Source: an uncultured Gemmatimonadales bacterium (GTDB taxonomy: Bacteria; Gemmatimonadota; Gemmatimonadetes; Longimicrobiales; RSA9). Taken from it: a stretch of 64,000 nucleotides of DNA. Location: assembly GCA_963708135.1 (NCBI GenBank), contig OY970192.1, positions 2,624,001-2,688,000 of the forward strand, written 5' to 3'. This document shows, one piece after another, positions 1-12,259 of the stretch (position 1 is its first letter; every line of letters begins with the position of its first letter). A program made the position numbers and the translations under genes. The notes beneath the pieces are model-generated. The model had not been told where the DNA came from. It was given only the letters and a program-made list of their open reading frames with translations, and searched no databases.

Positions 1-440
1 GGGTACCCCCGCGGCAGAGCGGCGAATCCGAGCCCGAGAGCCATGCCGCCAAGGGAGAATTGGTCGGGGATCAGCATATGGCGCGCGTCGGTGAGCGCGA
101 TGCCGAGGAGCAGCGTGAGGAAGGTCGCCGTGCGCAGCGCCTCGACGCTCGGGCCGAAGCGCACGACGGCGGCGAGCCAGAGCGCGGCCGTGGCCAGCTC
201 GATCAGGGGGTACTGCGCGGAGATGCGCATCCCGCAGTTGCGGCAGCGGCCGCGCAGCACGATCCAGCTGAGCACCGGAACGTTGTCGTACCACGCGATC
301 CCCGCCTCGCACCCCGGGCAGCGCGAGCGGGGCCGCACCACCGATTCCCCGGCGGGCCAGCGGGAAACGCACACATTGAGGAAGGAGCCGACGACGGCGC
401 CGAGCACCCCCGCGTAGATCCAGAGCAGCACTCGCGGCAT
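1..440 (-). CDS. pilD: Prepilin peptidase (A24 family), 3' end runs off the window
   Basis: Not in the ORF track; manual translation from ATG at 440 gives MPRVLLWIYAGVLGAVVGSFLNVCVSRWP...RSRCPGC...WYDNVPVLSWIVLRGRCRNC..ISAQYPLIEL...TDARHMLIPD, with the GSFLNV motif, two CxxC motifs and the first catalytic Asp region. Confidence 0.93.
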   Translation of the reverse strand, partial: MPRVLLWIYAGVLGAVVGSFLNVCVSRWPAGESVVRPRSRCPGCEAGIAWYDNVPVLSWIVLRGRCRNCGMRISAQYPLIELATAALWLAAVVRFGPSVEALRTATFLTLLLGIALTDARHMLIPDQFSLGGMALGLGFAALPRGY

Positions 441-1216
441 CAGCCCCACCGGTTGCGCGTGAGAAGGTAGAGGAGGATTGCGCCCGCGACGGCCACGTTC
501 AGAGACTCCGCACCGCCGCGGATCGGCACGGCGACGACGGCGTCCGCCGCCGCCGCGAGCGCCGCGTCCACGCCGGCGCCCTCGTTTCCCAGCACCAGGG
601 CCACCCGCCGCGAGGCGGGAAGCGCCTCGATCGGCTCGCCCTGCGCGCTCGCGGCGCAGAGCGTGAAACCGCGCGCTCCCAGCCACTCGAGCAGCGCAGT
701 CCGGTCCGGTTGGAGCACCGGAACCCTGAAGAGCGAGCCCGCGGCGGCGCGCACGACCTTCGGGTTCCAGGGATCCGCGGTGCCGGGCAGCGCGGCCACC
801 GCCAGCGCGCCGAACGCATCCGCCGTGCGCACGAGGGTTCCCACGTTGCCCGGATCCTGTACCCCGTCCAGCACGAGGATGACGGCGGAGCCGCGGACCT
901 CCAGCGCCTCGAGCTCGGTCCTCGGGATCGCGCCCACGAGCAGGATCCCCTGCGGCGCCTCGGTGTCGGCGAGCCGCGCGAGCTCGGACTCGGCGACCTC
1001 GCGGAACGCCGGCAGCGCCGCCACGGTCGAGCGCAGCGCGGCGCCGCGCGGGGTGTCCTCCAGAGAGGGCGCCGCGACGGCCAGGCGGAGGTCAACCCCC
1101 GAAGCAAGGAGCTCCTCGGCCACGCGGATGCCCTCCGCCAGGAAAAGGCCCTCCGCCTCGCGGATCTTGCGGCGGCGCAGGCCCCTGACGATCTTCGCTT
1201 CCGCCGAGCTCAGCAT
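440..1216 (-). CDS. TrmH/SpoU family RNA methyltransferase
   Basis: C-terminal part of ORF 440..3001, starting at MLSSAEAK; motifs LDGVQDPGNVGTLVRTA, VLGNEGAG, ESLNVAVA; stop overlaps the pilD start. Confidence 0.9.
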   Translation of the reverse strand: MLSSAEAKIVRGLRRRKIREAEGLFLAEGIRVAEELLASGVDLRLAVAAPSLEDTPRGAALRSTVAALPAFREVAESELARLADTEAPQGILLVGAIPRTELEALEVRGSAVILVLDGVQDPGNVGTLVRTADAFGALAVAALPGTADPWNPKVVRAAAGSLFRVPVLQPDRTALLEWLGARGFTLCAASAQGEPIEALPASRRVALVLGNEGAGVDAALAAAADAVVAVPIRGGAESLNVAVAGAILLYLLTRNRWG

Positions 1217-1282
1217 CCAACTCCTTTGTGGAACACGTCTTGCCCCACTCCTCCGCGAACCGGTATCAGGGGAGAAGGACTT

Positions 1283-2116
1283 ATGTTCAAGACGAATGGA
1301 CGGCTCCGCCGGGGTGCGAGTGTCGGCCTGCTGGCCGGCGCCGCGGCGCTCGGCACGGGGTGCGCGGTGAGCACCCAGCAGGAGGTGCAGGCCGGAGCGC
1401 AGGAAGCGGCGCAGGTGAATCAGCAGCTTCCGATCGTGCAGGATGCGGCGCTCGACCGCTACATCAACGGCCTCGGCAACCAGCTGGCGAGCCACGGCCA
1501 GAGGAACATTCCGTTCCACTTCTTCATCGTCAACAGCAACGTCGTGAACGCCTTCTCGCTGGAGGGCGGTTACGTCTACATCAACCGCGGCATCATCGAG
1601 CACGCCTCGAACCTGTCGGAGCTGGCGGGAGTCGTCGGCCACGAGATCGGGCACGTGGAGAACCGCGACGTGGTGACGCAGCAGCAGCGGCTCCAGGGAG
1701 CGAACATCGGAATCGCGCTGGCGTCGGTCCTGCTCGGACAGCAGCCGGGCGCGCTGGCGCAGACTGCGGTCAATGTGGGCGGTACGGCGGTGTTCGCGCA
1801 CTACAGCCGCCAGGACGAATCGAACGCGGACGCCGCCTCTGTGAAGCTGACCACGGCCGCAGGGATCAGCCCGCAGGGGCTGGTCACGTTCTTCCACAAG
1901 CTGCTCCAGATGAGGCAGAGCCAGCCCGGCCTCTTCGACCAGTGGTTCGCGACGCACCCCACGGAGGAGCAGCGGATCGCGGACACGCAGCAGCTCGTCT
2001 CGCAGGTTCCGGCCAGCCGGCTGCGCTCGCTGACCACGGATACGCGCGCCTTCGAGACGTTCAAGGCGCGCATGGCGCAGTACCCGGCGCCACCACCGGG
2101 AGCGAACGGGCAGTAG
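1283..2116 (+). CDS. M48 family Zn metalloprotease, lipoprotein
   Basis: RBS GGAGAAGGA before ATG 1283; lipobox-like [28 protein letters not shown] and THP motifs. Confidence 0.88.
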   Translation: MFKTNGRLRRGASVGLLAGAAALGTGCAVSTQQEVQAGAQEAAQVNQQLPIVQDAALDRYINGLGNQLASHGQRNIPFHFFIVNSNVVNAFSLEGGYVYINRGIIEHASNLSELAGVVGHEIGHVENRDVVTQQQRLQGANIGIALASVLLGQQPGALAQTAVNVGGTAVFAHYSRQDESNADAASVKLTTAAGISPQGLVTFFHKLLQMRQSQPGLFDQWFATHPTEEQRIADTQQLVSQVPASRLRSLTTDTRAFETFKARMAQYPAPPPGANGQ

Positions 2117-2230
2117 CAGCAGCGCTCGTGCGGGCGCGGCCTCCCGCGCCGCGCCCGCCGCGCGCATTCCCCTCGTCCGAGCCTCCGCCTTACCTTTCCG
2201 GCAACCGTTTCCCGAACCGACGATCGCACG

Positions 2231-3040
2231 ATGCTCCCGATCGCACTGACCATCGCCGGCAGCGACAGCGGCGGCGGCGCCGGCATCCAGGCGGACCTCA
2301 AGACGTTCCAGGCGTTCGGCGTCTACGGCGCCAGCGTCGTGACCGCGCTGACCGCGCAGAACACGCGCGGTGTGGCGGGCGTGCACGCCGTCGCGCCGGA
2401 GTTCGTGCGCCTGCAGCTGGACGCGGTGCTGGAGGACCTGCCGCCCGCGGCGGTGAAGAGCGGGATGCTGGCGACGGCGGCGATCGTCCGGGCGGTGGCG
2501 GAGGGTCTGCGGGACGCGGGGGTTCGCGCGTACGTGCTGGATCCCGTGATGGCGGCCACCAGCGGCGACCGCCTGCTGGATCCCGACGGCGTGCGGGCGA
2601 TCCTGGAGGAGCTGGTCCCGCTGGCCGCCCTGGTCACGCCCAACCTCGACGAGGCGGAGCTCCTCACTGGAATTCCGGCACGCGACGAGGCGGGCATGCG
2701 CGGCGCGGCCGCGGCGCTCGTGGACCGGGGCGCGAGCGCCGCCCTGATCAAGGGAGGCCACCTGTCCGGCGACCGGCTCACGGACCTGCTCCTCGACCGC
2801 CACGGGGTCCGGGTCTGGCGGCGGGAGCGGGTCCGGACGCGGAGCACGCACGGCACGGGCTGCACCCTCTCGGCCGCGATCGCGGCGGGGTTGGCGCGCG
2901 GGCGGCCGGTGGACGCCGCCATCGAGGAGGCGATCGCGTACGTGGACCGGGCACTGCGCGCCGCGCCCGGGCTGGGCGCCGGCCACGGGCCGCTCAACCA
3001 CATGGTGCCGGGTCCCGCGTCGCTCGAGATCAGCGGCTGA
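2231..3040 (+). CDS. thiD: Hydroxymethylpyrimidine/phosphomethylpyrimidine kinase
   Basis: [43 protein letters not shown] and GHGPLNH motifs. Confidence 0.95.
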   Translation: MLPIALTIAGSDSGGGAGIQADLKTFQAFGVYGASVVTALTAQNTRGVAGVHAVAPEFVRLQLDAVLEDLPPAAVKSGMLATAAIVRAVAEGLRDAGVRAYVLDPVMAATSGDRLLDPDGVRAILEELVPLAALVTPNLDEAELLTGIPARDEAGMRGAAAALVDRGASAALIKGGHLSGDRLTDLLLDRHGVRVWRRERVRTRSTHGTGCTLSAAIAAGLARGRPVDAAIEEAIAYVDRALRAAPGLGAGHGPLNHMVPGPASLEISG

Positions 3041-3200
3041 GCAGCCAGTTGGTCAGCAGATAGCCGACCGTGAGGCCGAGCACCATGAGCGCGCCGTAGA
3101 GCGTGGGCGGGGCGGGGATCGGCAGGCGCAGCAGCCGCACGAGCGCGCCGATCACGAGCGCGACGATGATGCCCACCCATCCGGGAAGCTGCGTGCTCAT
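3030..3200 (-). CDS. Small XapX/DUF1427-like membrane protein (56 aa)
   Basis: [47 protein letters not shown]; the LPIPAPP motif between two hydrophobic helices is typical of XapX domains; RBS GGAGAGGAG. Confidence 0.75.
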   Translation of the reverse strand: MSTQLPGWVGIIVALVIGALVRLLRLPIPAPPTLYGALMVLGLTVGYLLTNWLLSR

Positions 3201-4861
3201 CTCCTCTCCGTGTCGGGCGCTGCAGTGCGCCGCGCGTCGGCGGGGATCCACCAGCGCGAGACGGAGACGAAGGTCCCGCGGATGTCCATGTCCACGCCCT
3301 GCAGCCGCTTGTTCACCGCGATCAGGTCCGGCGAGTAGTAGAGGAACGTCCAGGGCTGCTCGTCGCGAAGGATGCGCTGCAGCCGGTGCCAGAGCGGCCT
3401 TGCCTGCGTGCGGTCGGGCAGCAGGGGGGCCGAATCGAGGATGCTGTCCACGGCCGGGTTGCCGTAGGACGCGAGCTGGAAGGGCCCGGCGATCCCCTTC
3501 GAGTGGAAGAGATCGCGCAGGTTCAGCCGGAAATCGGACTCGAAGCCGAGCAGCACGGCGTCGAAGCGGCGCTTCGGAGAGGTCACGTCGGCGAGCAGCG
3601 TGCGCAACTCGGTGGGCCTGGGGTGCAGCTCGATGCCGACGCGGGCCAGGTTGGCCTGGGCGAACTCGGCCATGTCGCGGTTCAGGTCGTTGCCGGCCGG
3701 ATAGGTGAGGTCGAAGCGGAACGCTTTTCCGTCCGGCCGCTCGAGCACGCCGTCGCCATCGCGGTCGCGGAACCCGGCGGCGGCCAGGAGGGCGCGCGCC
3801 GAGTCGGGTGCGTACGGCAGCGCGCTCAGGGTGGAGTCGTAGGCCCAATGGAACGGCCCGATCGGGCCGACGGCGGGGGTGCCGTAGCCGCCGTGCAGCG
3901 CGCGGATCATTCCCTGCCGGTCGATGGCCAGCGCGAGCGCGCGGCGCACGCGGGCGTCGCCGAAGGGGGTCCGCAGGCCGTTCCAGGCGATGAAGGTGAA
4001 CTGGCGGGAGGGCCGCTCGACCACACGCAGCTCCGGGCTCTCGCGCAGCCGGTCGAGCTGTCCCGGGCGCGGGTACATGATCATGTCCACGCCGCCCGTG
4101 AGCGCCTCCGTCATCTGCGCCGCATTCTCCGGGATGATTCGCAGCACCACCCTGTCCAGGTGGGGCCGCCCGCCGAGCGCGACCGGGAAGTCGGGATTGG
4201 CCGCGAAGACCCAGCGGTCGTTGGGCTGGTAGGAGGCGACGCGGAACGGCCCGTCGCCGACGGGATGATGGTTGAACTCCGCCTGGCGCAGCCGGTCCGG
4301 CGGGATGCTGTCGAGCAGGTGGCGCGGCACGATCGGCAGGAACGGCAGGCCTGCCAGCGGCTCCGCCCGCGGCGCGAAGCCGCACCGGACGGTGAAGGAG
4401 TCCACGGCCTGGACGCCGCGCCAGGCGTCGAAGTACTCCGGGTTCGGGTACGCCGTTCGGGGGTCCCGCGCGCGCTCCAGCGTGAACACCACGTCCGTCG
4501 CCGTCACGGGCGCCCCATCCGTCCAGCGCACGTCGTGCCGCAGATGGAAGACGACGGCCGTGTCCGCCTCCATCGTCCACGACGCCGCGAGCGCCGGCGC
4601 GAGGGAGAGGTCCGGCGCGTAGCGGACCAGCGGGACGAACAGGAGGTAGCGATTGACTTCCTGCGTGTACTTCTCGCCGCTGACGAGCGGGTTGAGGAAG
4701 TCCAGGTCGCCCGGGATTGCGACGACGGCGGTGCCGCCCCGCTGCGGCTCCCCGCCCGGCGCGCCTCGCGCCGGCGACCGCCGCTCGCAGCCGGCGGCGC
4801 TGGTGGCCGCCAGCATGAGGGTTGCCAGGGTGCGGCCGGCGATCCGCGCCGTTCTCGCCAT
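3197..4861 (-). CDS. ABC transporter substrate-binding lipoprotein, family 5 (OppA/DppA-like)
   Basis: Lipobox AAGC; LA-SW...F.LR.DVRWTDGAPVTATDV, PVGDGPF and DARVRRALALAIDR motifs. Confidence 0.9.
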   Translation of the reverse strand: MARTARIAGRTLATLMLAATSAAGCERRSPARGAPGGEPQRGGTAVVAIPGDLDFLNPLVSGEKYTQEVNRYLLFVPLVRYAPDLSLAPALAASWTMEADTAVVFHLRHDVRWTDGAPVTATDVVFTLERARDPRTAYPNPEYFDAWRGVQAVDSFTVRCGFAPRAEPLAGLPFLPIVPRHLLDSIPPDRLRQAEFNHHPVGDGPFRVASYQPNDRWVFAANPDFPVALGGRPHLDRVVLRIIPENAAQMTEALTGGVDMIMYPRPGQLDRLRESPELRVVERPSRQFTFIAWNGLRTPFGDARVRRALALAIDRQGMIRALHGGYGTPAVGPIGPFHWAYDSTLSALPYAPDSARALLAAAGFRDRDGDGVLERPDGKAFRFDLTYPAGNDLNRDMAEFAQANLARVGIELHPRPTELRTLLADVTSPKRRFDAVLLGFESDFRLNLRDLFHSKGIAGPFQLASYGNPAVDSILDSAPLLPDRTQARPLWHRLQRILRDEQPWTFLYYSPDLIAVNKRLQGVDMDIRGTFVSVSRWWIPADARRTAAPDTERR

Positions 4862-5004
4862 TCGTCAGCTCCGCTCACGCCATCGGGTTCGGGTACCTCC
4901 GCAATGTCGGTCCGGCGGGCGGCTTCGACAAGGCGGTGGGGCGAGACCGGGCCGGGGCGCGGTGGTGAGCGCGGGCCACCCGGGGAACGGCTGCGTGCCG
5001 GCGC

Positions 5005-5843
5005 TCAGGGCGTGCCCGGCTCGGGCTCCGGCTGGTCGGCGAGGACGCGCAGCACCCCGCGCACGAGGAGGGCGAAGCGCGCGGCCGCCTCGGCCCCGGC
5101 TGCGATCACCTCCTCATGGGCCAGCGGCGCCGGCGCGAGCCCCGCCGCCAGGTTGGTGATGAGCGAGATCCCGAGCACGCGCAGCCCCGCCGCGCGGGCG
5201 GCGATCACCTCCGGGACGGTGCTCATGCCCACGGCGTCCGCGCCCATCCGCCGGAACATGCCGATCTCGGCGCGCGTCTCGTAGCTGGGGCCGGACACGG
5301 CGAGATAGACCCCGCGGACGGTGCGGATGCCCTGCTCGAGCGCCACGGTCTCGGCGCTGCGCCGGAGCTCGCGGTCGTACGGCCGCGACATGTCCGGAAA
5401 GCGCGGCTCCCCCGGCAGCGGGAAGCCGACGAGCGGGCTTCGCGCCATGAGGTTCACGTGGTCGTCGAGGATCATGAGGTCGCCCGGCCGGAAGGCGGGA
5501 TTCAGGCCTCCCGCCGCGTTCGTGACCACCAGCGTCGTCACCCCGAGCCCGGCGAGCACCCGCAGCGGCGCGACCACCGCGCCGGCGGGATGGCCCTCGT
5601 AATGTGGTAGCGGCCCTGGAGCGCCACGCACTCCACCCCCTCGAGGTGGCCGGCCACCAGCACGCCCGCATGGCCCTGTACCGTGACGGCGGGAAAGCCC
5701 GGGATATCGCCGAAGGGGACGCGCACCGGATCCTCCAGCCGGTCGGCGAGGGCTCCGAGGCCGGAGCCCAGGATGAGACCCACGCGCGCCCGGCGCGTGA
5801 GCCGCGCCCGCAGGAAAGTCACCGCATCCGTGCCCGCGGTCAT
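5005..5843 (-). CDS. punA: Purine nucleoside phosphorylase (PunA/XapA type) with an apparent 1-bp frameshift near 5602
   Basis: N-terminal half (ILGSGLG...GHAG...QGRYH) and C-terminal half (YEG...TNAAGG, GPSYET, GADAVGMST, LAHEEV) are in different frames; CAC AT TAC GAG lacks one base. Confidence 0.85.
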
Positions 5844-7474
5844 ATGATCATGCCGGCAATCGTGGCCGTCATGAACGAGGCGAGCGTGCCGGCGATCATG
5901 GCGCGCAACCCGATCCGGGCCAGGTCGCTCCTGCGCGAGGGGGCGAGGCCGCCGATCCCGCCGATCTGGATGGCGATCGAGCTGAAGTTCGCGAACCCGC
6001 ACAGCGCGTAGGTCGCGATGATCACCGACCGCGGGGACAGGTTCACGCCCGCGGTGAGCATGTCGCTCAGCTGCAGATAGCCGACGAACTCGTTCACCGC
6101 GGTCTTGATGCCGAGCAGGGAGCCGATGGCCGTGGCGTCCTTCCACGGCACCCCCATGACCCAGGCGATCGGCGCGAGCAGCCAGCCGAAGATGGCCTCG
6201 AGGGTGAGCTTTCCGCCGGCGGGCAGCCAGCCGTGGGCGATGAGCATGGCGGTGAGGTGCGTCGCATGGCCCACGCTCGAGAGCAGCGCGTTGATGAGGG
6301 CGATGAGCGCGATGAAGGCAAGCAGCATTGCGCCCACGTTCAGCGCCAGGCTGAGGCCCTCGCCGGCGCCACGCGCGGCCGCGTCGATGACATTCACGTC
6401 CGGCGAGTCGATCACCGCGCCGAGCTGGCCGCGCGTCACCGGCTCCTCCTTCTCCGGAAGCATCAGCTTCGCGAAGACGAGCGCCGCGGGCGCGGACATG
6501 ACGCTCGCGGCCATGAGATGTCCCGCAATGTCGGGGAAGCGGGAGTGCAGCATGGCCACATACGCGGCCATGACGCCTCCCGCGACGGTGGCGAAGCCGC
6601 CGCTCATGACGGCCATGAGCTCCGATTGCGTCATGGTGGCCACGAACGGCTTGATGAGGAGCGGGGCCTCCGTCTGGCCCATGAAGATGTTGCCGGCGGC
6701 GGAAAGCGTCTCGGCCCCCGACGTACGCATGGTCCGCTGCATCACCCAGGCGAAGCCGCGCACGATCGCCTGCATCACGCCGAAGTAGTACAGCACGGTC
6801 ATGAGCGAGGAGAAGAAGATGATCGTGGGCAGCACGTTGAAGGCGAAGCTCGCGCCCGCGTTCGCGACCATCCCGCTCGTGGCGGTGAACGCGCCGTTGC
6901 CGGAGGCCGCGCCCGTGCCGACGGGGATGTTGTTCCAGACGAGGTTGCCGAAGAGGAAGCTGGCGCCCTGGATGGTGAAGTCGTAGAGCGAGATCACGAC
7001 ATCGTTCGCGACGGCGAAGATGCGCGCTCCGACGGTGGTCTTCAGGATGAAGACCGCGAACAGGAGCTGGAGCCCGGTCCCCCAGAGGACGACGCGCCAC
7101 TGGATGACGCGCCGGTCCACGCTCAGCAGCCACCCGATCAGGAGCATCACGAACATCCCGAGCACCGAGATCAGCCGCTCGGAGAACGGGGTCGCGATCT
7201 GCTCGCGCGCATTCCGCACCGCCTCCGCCGCGCTCCGCGGCCCCTGTCCGGCGGCCGGCGTGAGCACGGCGCCCGCGGGCGCCCCCGTATCGGGCGACGC
7301 GGGCGCGGCCGCAGCCGGGCCCTGCGCGGCGGACGCCGTCGAGTCGGCCGCCTGCACGGGCGGAACGGGGCCCCGGGACCGCCCGGCCACGGACGCGTAA
7401 GCTCCCGAGGCGAGCAACAGGGCTCCCAGGAGCCACAGGGCCAGGAGCCCGGGACCAGGCTTGGACTTCATCAT
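5840..7474 (-). CDS. nupC: Concentrative nucleoside transporter (NupC/CNT) with an N-terminal signal/Ala-Pro extension
   Basis: FAFNVLPTIIFFSSL, NIFMGQTEAPL, GFATVAGG, KTAVNEFVGY and YALCGFANFSSIAIQIGG motifs. Confidence 0.93.
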   Translation of the reverse strand: MMKSKPGPGLLALWLLGALLLASGAYASVAGRSRGPVPPVQAADSTASAAQGPAAAAPASPDTGAPAGAVLTPAAGQGPRSAAEAVRNAREQIATPFSERLISVLGMFVMLLIGWLLSVDRRVIQWRVVLWGTGLQLLFAVFILKTTVGARIFAVANDVVISLYDFTIQGASFLFGNLVWNNIPVGTGAASGNGAFTATSGMVANAGASFAFNVLPTIIFFSSLMTVLYYFGVMQAIVRGFAWVMQRTMRTSGAETLSAAGNIFMGQTEAPLLIKPFVATMTQSELMAVMSGGFATVAGGVMAAYVAMLHSRFPDIAGHLMAASVMSAPAALVFAKLMLPEKEEPVTRGQLGAVIDSPDVNVIDAAARGAGEGLSLALNVGAMLLAFIALIALINALLSSVGHATHLTAMLIAHGWLPAGGKLTLEAIFGWLLAPIAWVMGVPWKDATAIGSLLGIKTAVNEFVGYLQLSDMLTAGVNLSPRSVIIATYALCGFANFSSIAIQIGGIGGLAPSRRSDLARIGLRAMIAGTLASFMTATIAGMII

Positions 7475-7505
7475 CCAGCTCGACTCCGCGTTGTCAGGGT
7501 GACGC

Positions 7506-8261
7506 TCACCACCCATAGGAATCCGGCGGACGCGGCGTGAACGTCCGCTGCCGGAGCTCCACGAGCTCCGGATTCTCGAACAGCTTGACCAGCGCCGCGC
7601 CGGTGATGAAGCCGCCGACGTGCGCCCAGAAGGCAACCCCGCCGCCCATCGACGGACCGCCGCGCGCGGACAGCAGCTGGATCACGAACCACTCGCCCAG
7701 GATGAACCAAGCCGGAATGGGAATGATGCGGACGAAGATGACGATCCAGAAGAGCGTCTGCACGCGCACGCGCGGATAGAGCACCAGGTAGGCGCCCATC
7801 ACCCCGCTGATCGCGCCGGAGGCCCCCACCGTCGGGATCGGCGAGGCCGGACCCGAGTAAACCTGCGCGAGCGCCGCCACCACCCCGACCAGAAGATAGA
7901 AGACCAGGTAGCGCAAGCGCCCCATCGAATCCTCCACGTTGTTCCCGAACAGCCACAGGAACCACATGTTGCCGATGAGGTGCATCCAACTGCCGTGCAT
8001 GAACATGCTCGTCAGGATGGCCGCCCAGGTCAACCCGCCGAACGGGCACGGCGCGCCCCCCAGGACCACCCCGCCGAAGCCGCCCGTCCGACCCGTGACC
8101 TCCGCCGGGATCATCCCGAAGCGGCATACCGACTGCGCCAGCAGCCCCGGCGACACGCCCGCGCCCTCGATGTACAGCCACGCCACCACGTTCAACGCGA
8201 TCAGCAGCACCGTGATGTACGGCGTGCGCAGCGTCGGATTCTCGTCGCGGAGCGGGATCAA
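7506..8261 (-). CDS. Rhomboid family intramembrane serine protease
   Basis: TTG start (IPLRDENP) after GAGAGG; SMFMHGSWMHLIGNM, GASGA and AFWAHVGG motifs. Confidence 0.9.
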   Translation of the reverse strand: MIPLRDENPTLRTPYITVLLIALNVVAWLYIEGAGVSPGLLAQSVCRFGMIPAEVTGRTGGFGGVVLGGAPCPFGGLTWAAILTSMFMHGSWMHLIGNMWFLWLFGNNVEDSMGRLRYLVFYLLVGVVAALAQVYSGPASPIPTVGASGAISGVMGAYLVLYPRVRVQTLFWIVIFVRIIPIPAWFILGEWFVIQLLSARGGPSMGGGVAFWAHVGGFITGAALVKLFENPELVELRQRTFTPRPPDSYGW

Positions 8262-8405
8262 GGGCCTCTCCTCAGCGGGGGCCGGGCAGAATAGCCGCGG
8301 CCGGGCCGGCATGTCAACGCGCCTCGGCGCCGTGGCCGGCCCTGCCACGCTGGCAGCCGCACCCGGGTTTTCGCGCCGGAATGGCGCGCTTTTTCGGCTT
8401 GCGGG

Positions 8406-8421
8406 TGGCATGCGCGTTGCA
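8406..8421 (+). promoter_or_regulatory. Sigma-54 (-24/-12) promoter upstream of dnaK
   Basis: TGGCAT-GCGCG-TTGCA has exact GG-N10-GC spacing and ends 50 bp before the dnaK ATG. Confidence 0.72.
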
Positions 8422-8471
8422 CCTCGCGGGGCCGATCGGGGGCGGGTATTTTGGCGAGCCAAGGAGACGAC

Positions 8472-10409
<1,938 letters not shown>

Positions 10410-10436
10410 GGCGAAGGGCGCCAACCGGCGCTCTGG

Positions 10437-10464
10437 AGAGGGGCGGCGAGAGCCGCCCCTCTTC
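10437..10464 (+). terminator. Hairpin after dnaK, probable terminator
   Basis: AGAGGGGCGGC-GAGA-GCCGCCCCTCT stem followed by only a weak T tail. Confidence 0.6.
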
Positions 10465-10585
10465 GCATTGTGGGGACCGCGCCTGCGGCCCGCGCAAGCC
10501 GCGCAAGCCGCTCCGGGGCTAGGATTTCACTGTCGGCAATAGTAGATTTCTGGTGTTCTCGCGCACCCCTAACCCGCACCCCCCG

Positions 10586-12103
10586 ATGATCCGACCTCTT
10601 CTTTCCAGAACCGGCATCGTCCTGTCCACGGGTCTGCTGCTCGTGTCGGGTCTCGGCCTGGCCAGCGGTGTGGCCTGGCGGCACGACACGGAGCGGGCCG
10701 CGCTGTTGCAGACGGCGCTGCCGCGCCCCCGGGACGTGCGGCAGGCCGGTGAGGTGAGCGACGGATTCGTCGCCATTGCGGGGTCGGTGACGCCGGCGGT
10801 GGTCCAGATCCAGGCGGAGAGCGCGCCGCGCTCGCGCACCGGCCGGCGCACGGGATTCCACGACTTCTTCCCGCCGACGCCGGACGGAGGCAGCGTGCCT
10901 GAGATCGCGGGCGGGTCCGGGTTCATCGTCTCGCCGGACGGCTACATCCTGACCAACAACCACGTCGTCGAGGGGGCCGAGCGCATCACGGCGACGCTGC
11001 AGGACCGGCGGGTGTTCGAGGCCAGGGTGGTGGGCCGCGACCCCACGACGGACGTGGCGGTGCTGAGGATCGATGCGCATTCGCTGCCCACGGTACGGCT
11101 CGGCGACTCGGACGACGCGCGCGTGGGCGAGTGGGTGCTGGCGATCGGGAACCCCGGCTTCGGCGACGCGAGCACTCTCGATTTCACGGTGACGGGCGGG
11201 ATCATCAGCGCGAAGGGCCGGCCGCTCAACATCCTTCGCTCGGAGCTGGGGCAGAGCACGTCGGGCAATTTCGCGATCGAGGACTTCATCCAGACGGACG
11301 CGGTGATCAACCCGGGCAACTCCGGCGGACCGCTGGTGAACCTGCGCGGCGAGGTGATCGGCATCAACACGGCGATCGCGAGCACGACCGGGTACAGCGA
11401 AGGGTACGGCTTCGCCATCCCGTCGAACCTCGCGCGCCGGGTGATGAAGGACCTGGTCGAGCACGGCACGGTGCGGCGGGCCCTGCTCGGGATCACGATC
11501 GGGGAGGTGAGCCCCGAGGACGCGGAGGTCTACCGGCTGCCCTCCATCTCGGGCGTGCTGGTGGAGGACTTCGCCGCGGACTCGCCCGCGCGCAAGGCGG
11601 GCCTCGAGCGCGGCGACGTCATCGTGGCCGTGGGCGGCACGCCCGTCGAGCGGCCGGGCCAGCTGCAGCGCGTGGTGGCGCAGCGCCAGCCGGGGGAGGA
11701 CGTCCAGGTGGACGTCATCCGCTATGGCGAGCGGCGGGGGTTCCGGGTCCGGCTGACGCAGGCGGCGCTGCCGAGCCCGGCGCCCGAGGTGGCCGAGCCA
11801 ACGGCGGCCGAGGCGGACGCCTCGCTCGGGCTGGACGTCTCCGACCTCACGGCCACCGCCGCGCGGCAGCTCGGCTTCGCACAGGCGAGCGGCGTCGTGA
11901 TCGCGCACGTGACGCCGTTCAGCCCCGCCAGCCGGAAGGGGCTCGCGCACGGCGACCGGATCGTTTCGATCGATCGCGTACCGGTCCACACGGCCGCCGA
12001 TGTGCGGGTGGCGCTCGCGAAGGCCGGGGCGGGACAGATCGTGTCGATCCTGGTCGAGCGGCCGGGCGGGCAGACGCACATCGCGAACGTGCGGCTGCCG
12101 TAA
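10586..12103 (+). CDS. degP: HtrA/DegP-family serine protease with two PDZ domains
   Basis: GSGFIVS, TNNHVV, DVAVL and INPGNSGGPL catalytic motifs; two PDZ-like C-terminal segments; start uncertain (10553 or 10586). Confidence 0.88.
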   Translation: MIRPLLSRTGIVLSTGLLLVSGLGLASGVAWRHDTERAALLQTALPRPRDVRQAGEVSDGFVAIAGSVTPAVVQIQAESAPRSRTGRRTGFHDFFPPTPDGGSVPEIAGGSGFIVSPDGYILTNNHVVEGAERITATLQDRRVFEARVVGRDPTTDVAVLRIDAHSLPTVRLGDSDDARVGEWVLAIGNPGFGDASTLDFTVTGGIISAKGRPLNILRSELGQSTSGNFAIEDFIQTDAVINPGNSGGPLVNLRGEVIGINTAIASTTGYSEGYGFAIPSNLARRVMKDLVEHGTVRRALLGITIGEVSPEDAEVYRLPSISGVLVEDFAADSPARKAGLERGDVIVAVGGTPVERPGQLQRVVAQRQPGEDVQVDVIRYGERRGFRVRLTQAALPSPAPEVAEPTAAEADASLGLDVSDLTATAARQLGFAQASGVVIAHVTPFSPASRKGLAHGDRIVSIDRVPVHTAADVRVALAKAGAGQIVSILVERPGGQTHIANVRLP

Positions 12104-12107
12104 TCGG

Positions 12108-12136
12108 TTGATCCGCCCTGGCGCTTCCGTTAACTT
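12108..12136 (+). promoter_or_regulatory. Sigma-70-type promoter for tRNA-Leu/tig
   Basis: TTGATC-N17-TAACTT, ending 13 bp before the tRNA. Confidence 0.6.
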
Positions 12137-12149
12137 TTCCACACGGTCG

Positions 12150-12231
12150 GCGAAAGTGGCGGAACTGGTAGACGCGCGAGATTTAGGATCTCGTGGGTAC
12201 GCCCGTGGGGGTTCGAGTCCCCCCTTTCGCA
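12150..12231 (+). tRNA. tRNA-Leu (anticodon TAG), CCA not encoded
   Basis: Acceptor stem GCGAAAG/CTTTCGC plus discriminator A; D arm TGGCGGAACTGGTAGACGC; anticodon arm CGAGA-TTTAGGA-TCTCG; long variable arm; GGTTCGAGTCC T loop. Confidence 0.95.
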
Positions 12232-12259
12232 TCGAGGATTCCGGGAGCCACGAGCCGAG

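Noticed and set aside
2117..2230. TPP riboswitch upstream of thiD
   Set aside because: No CTGAGA or other THI-box core; only a GC hairpin after the M48 gene
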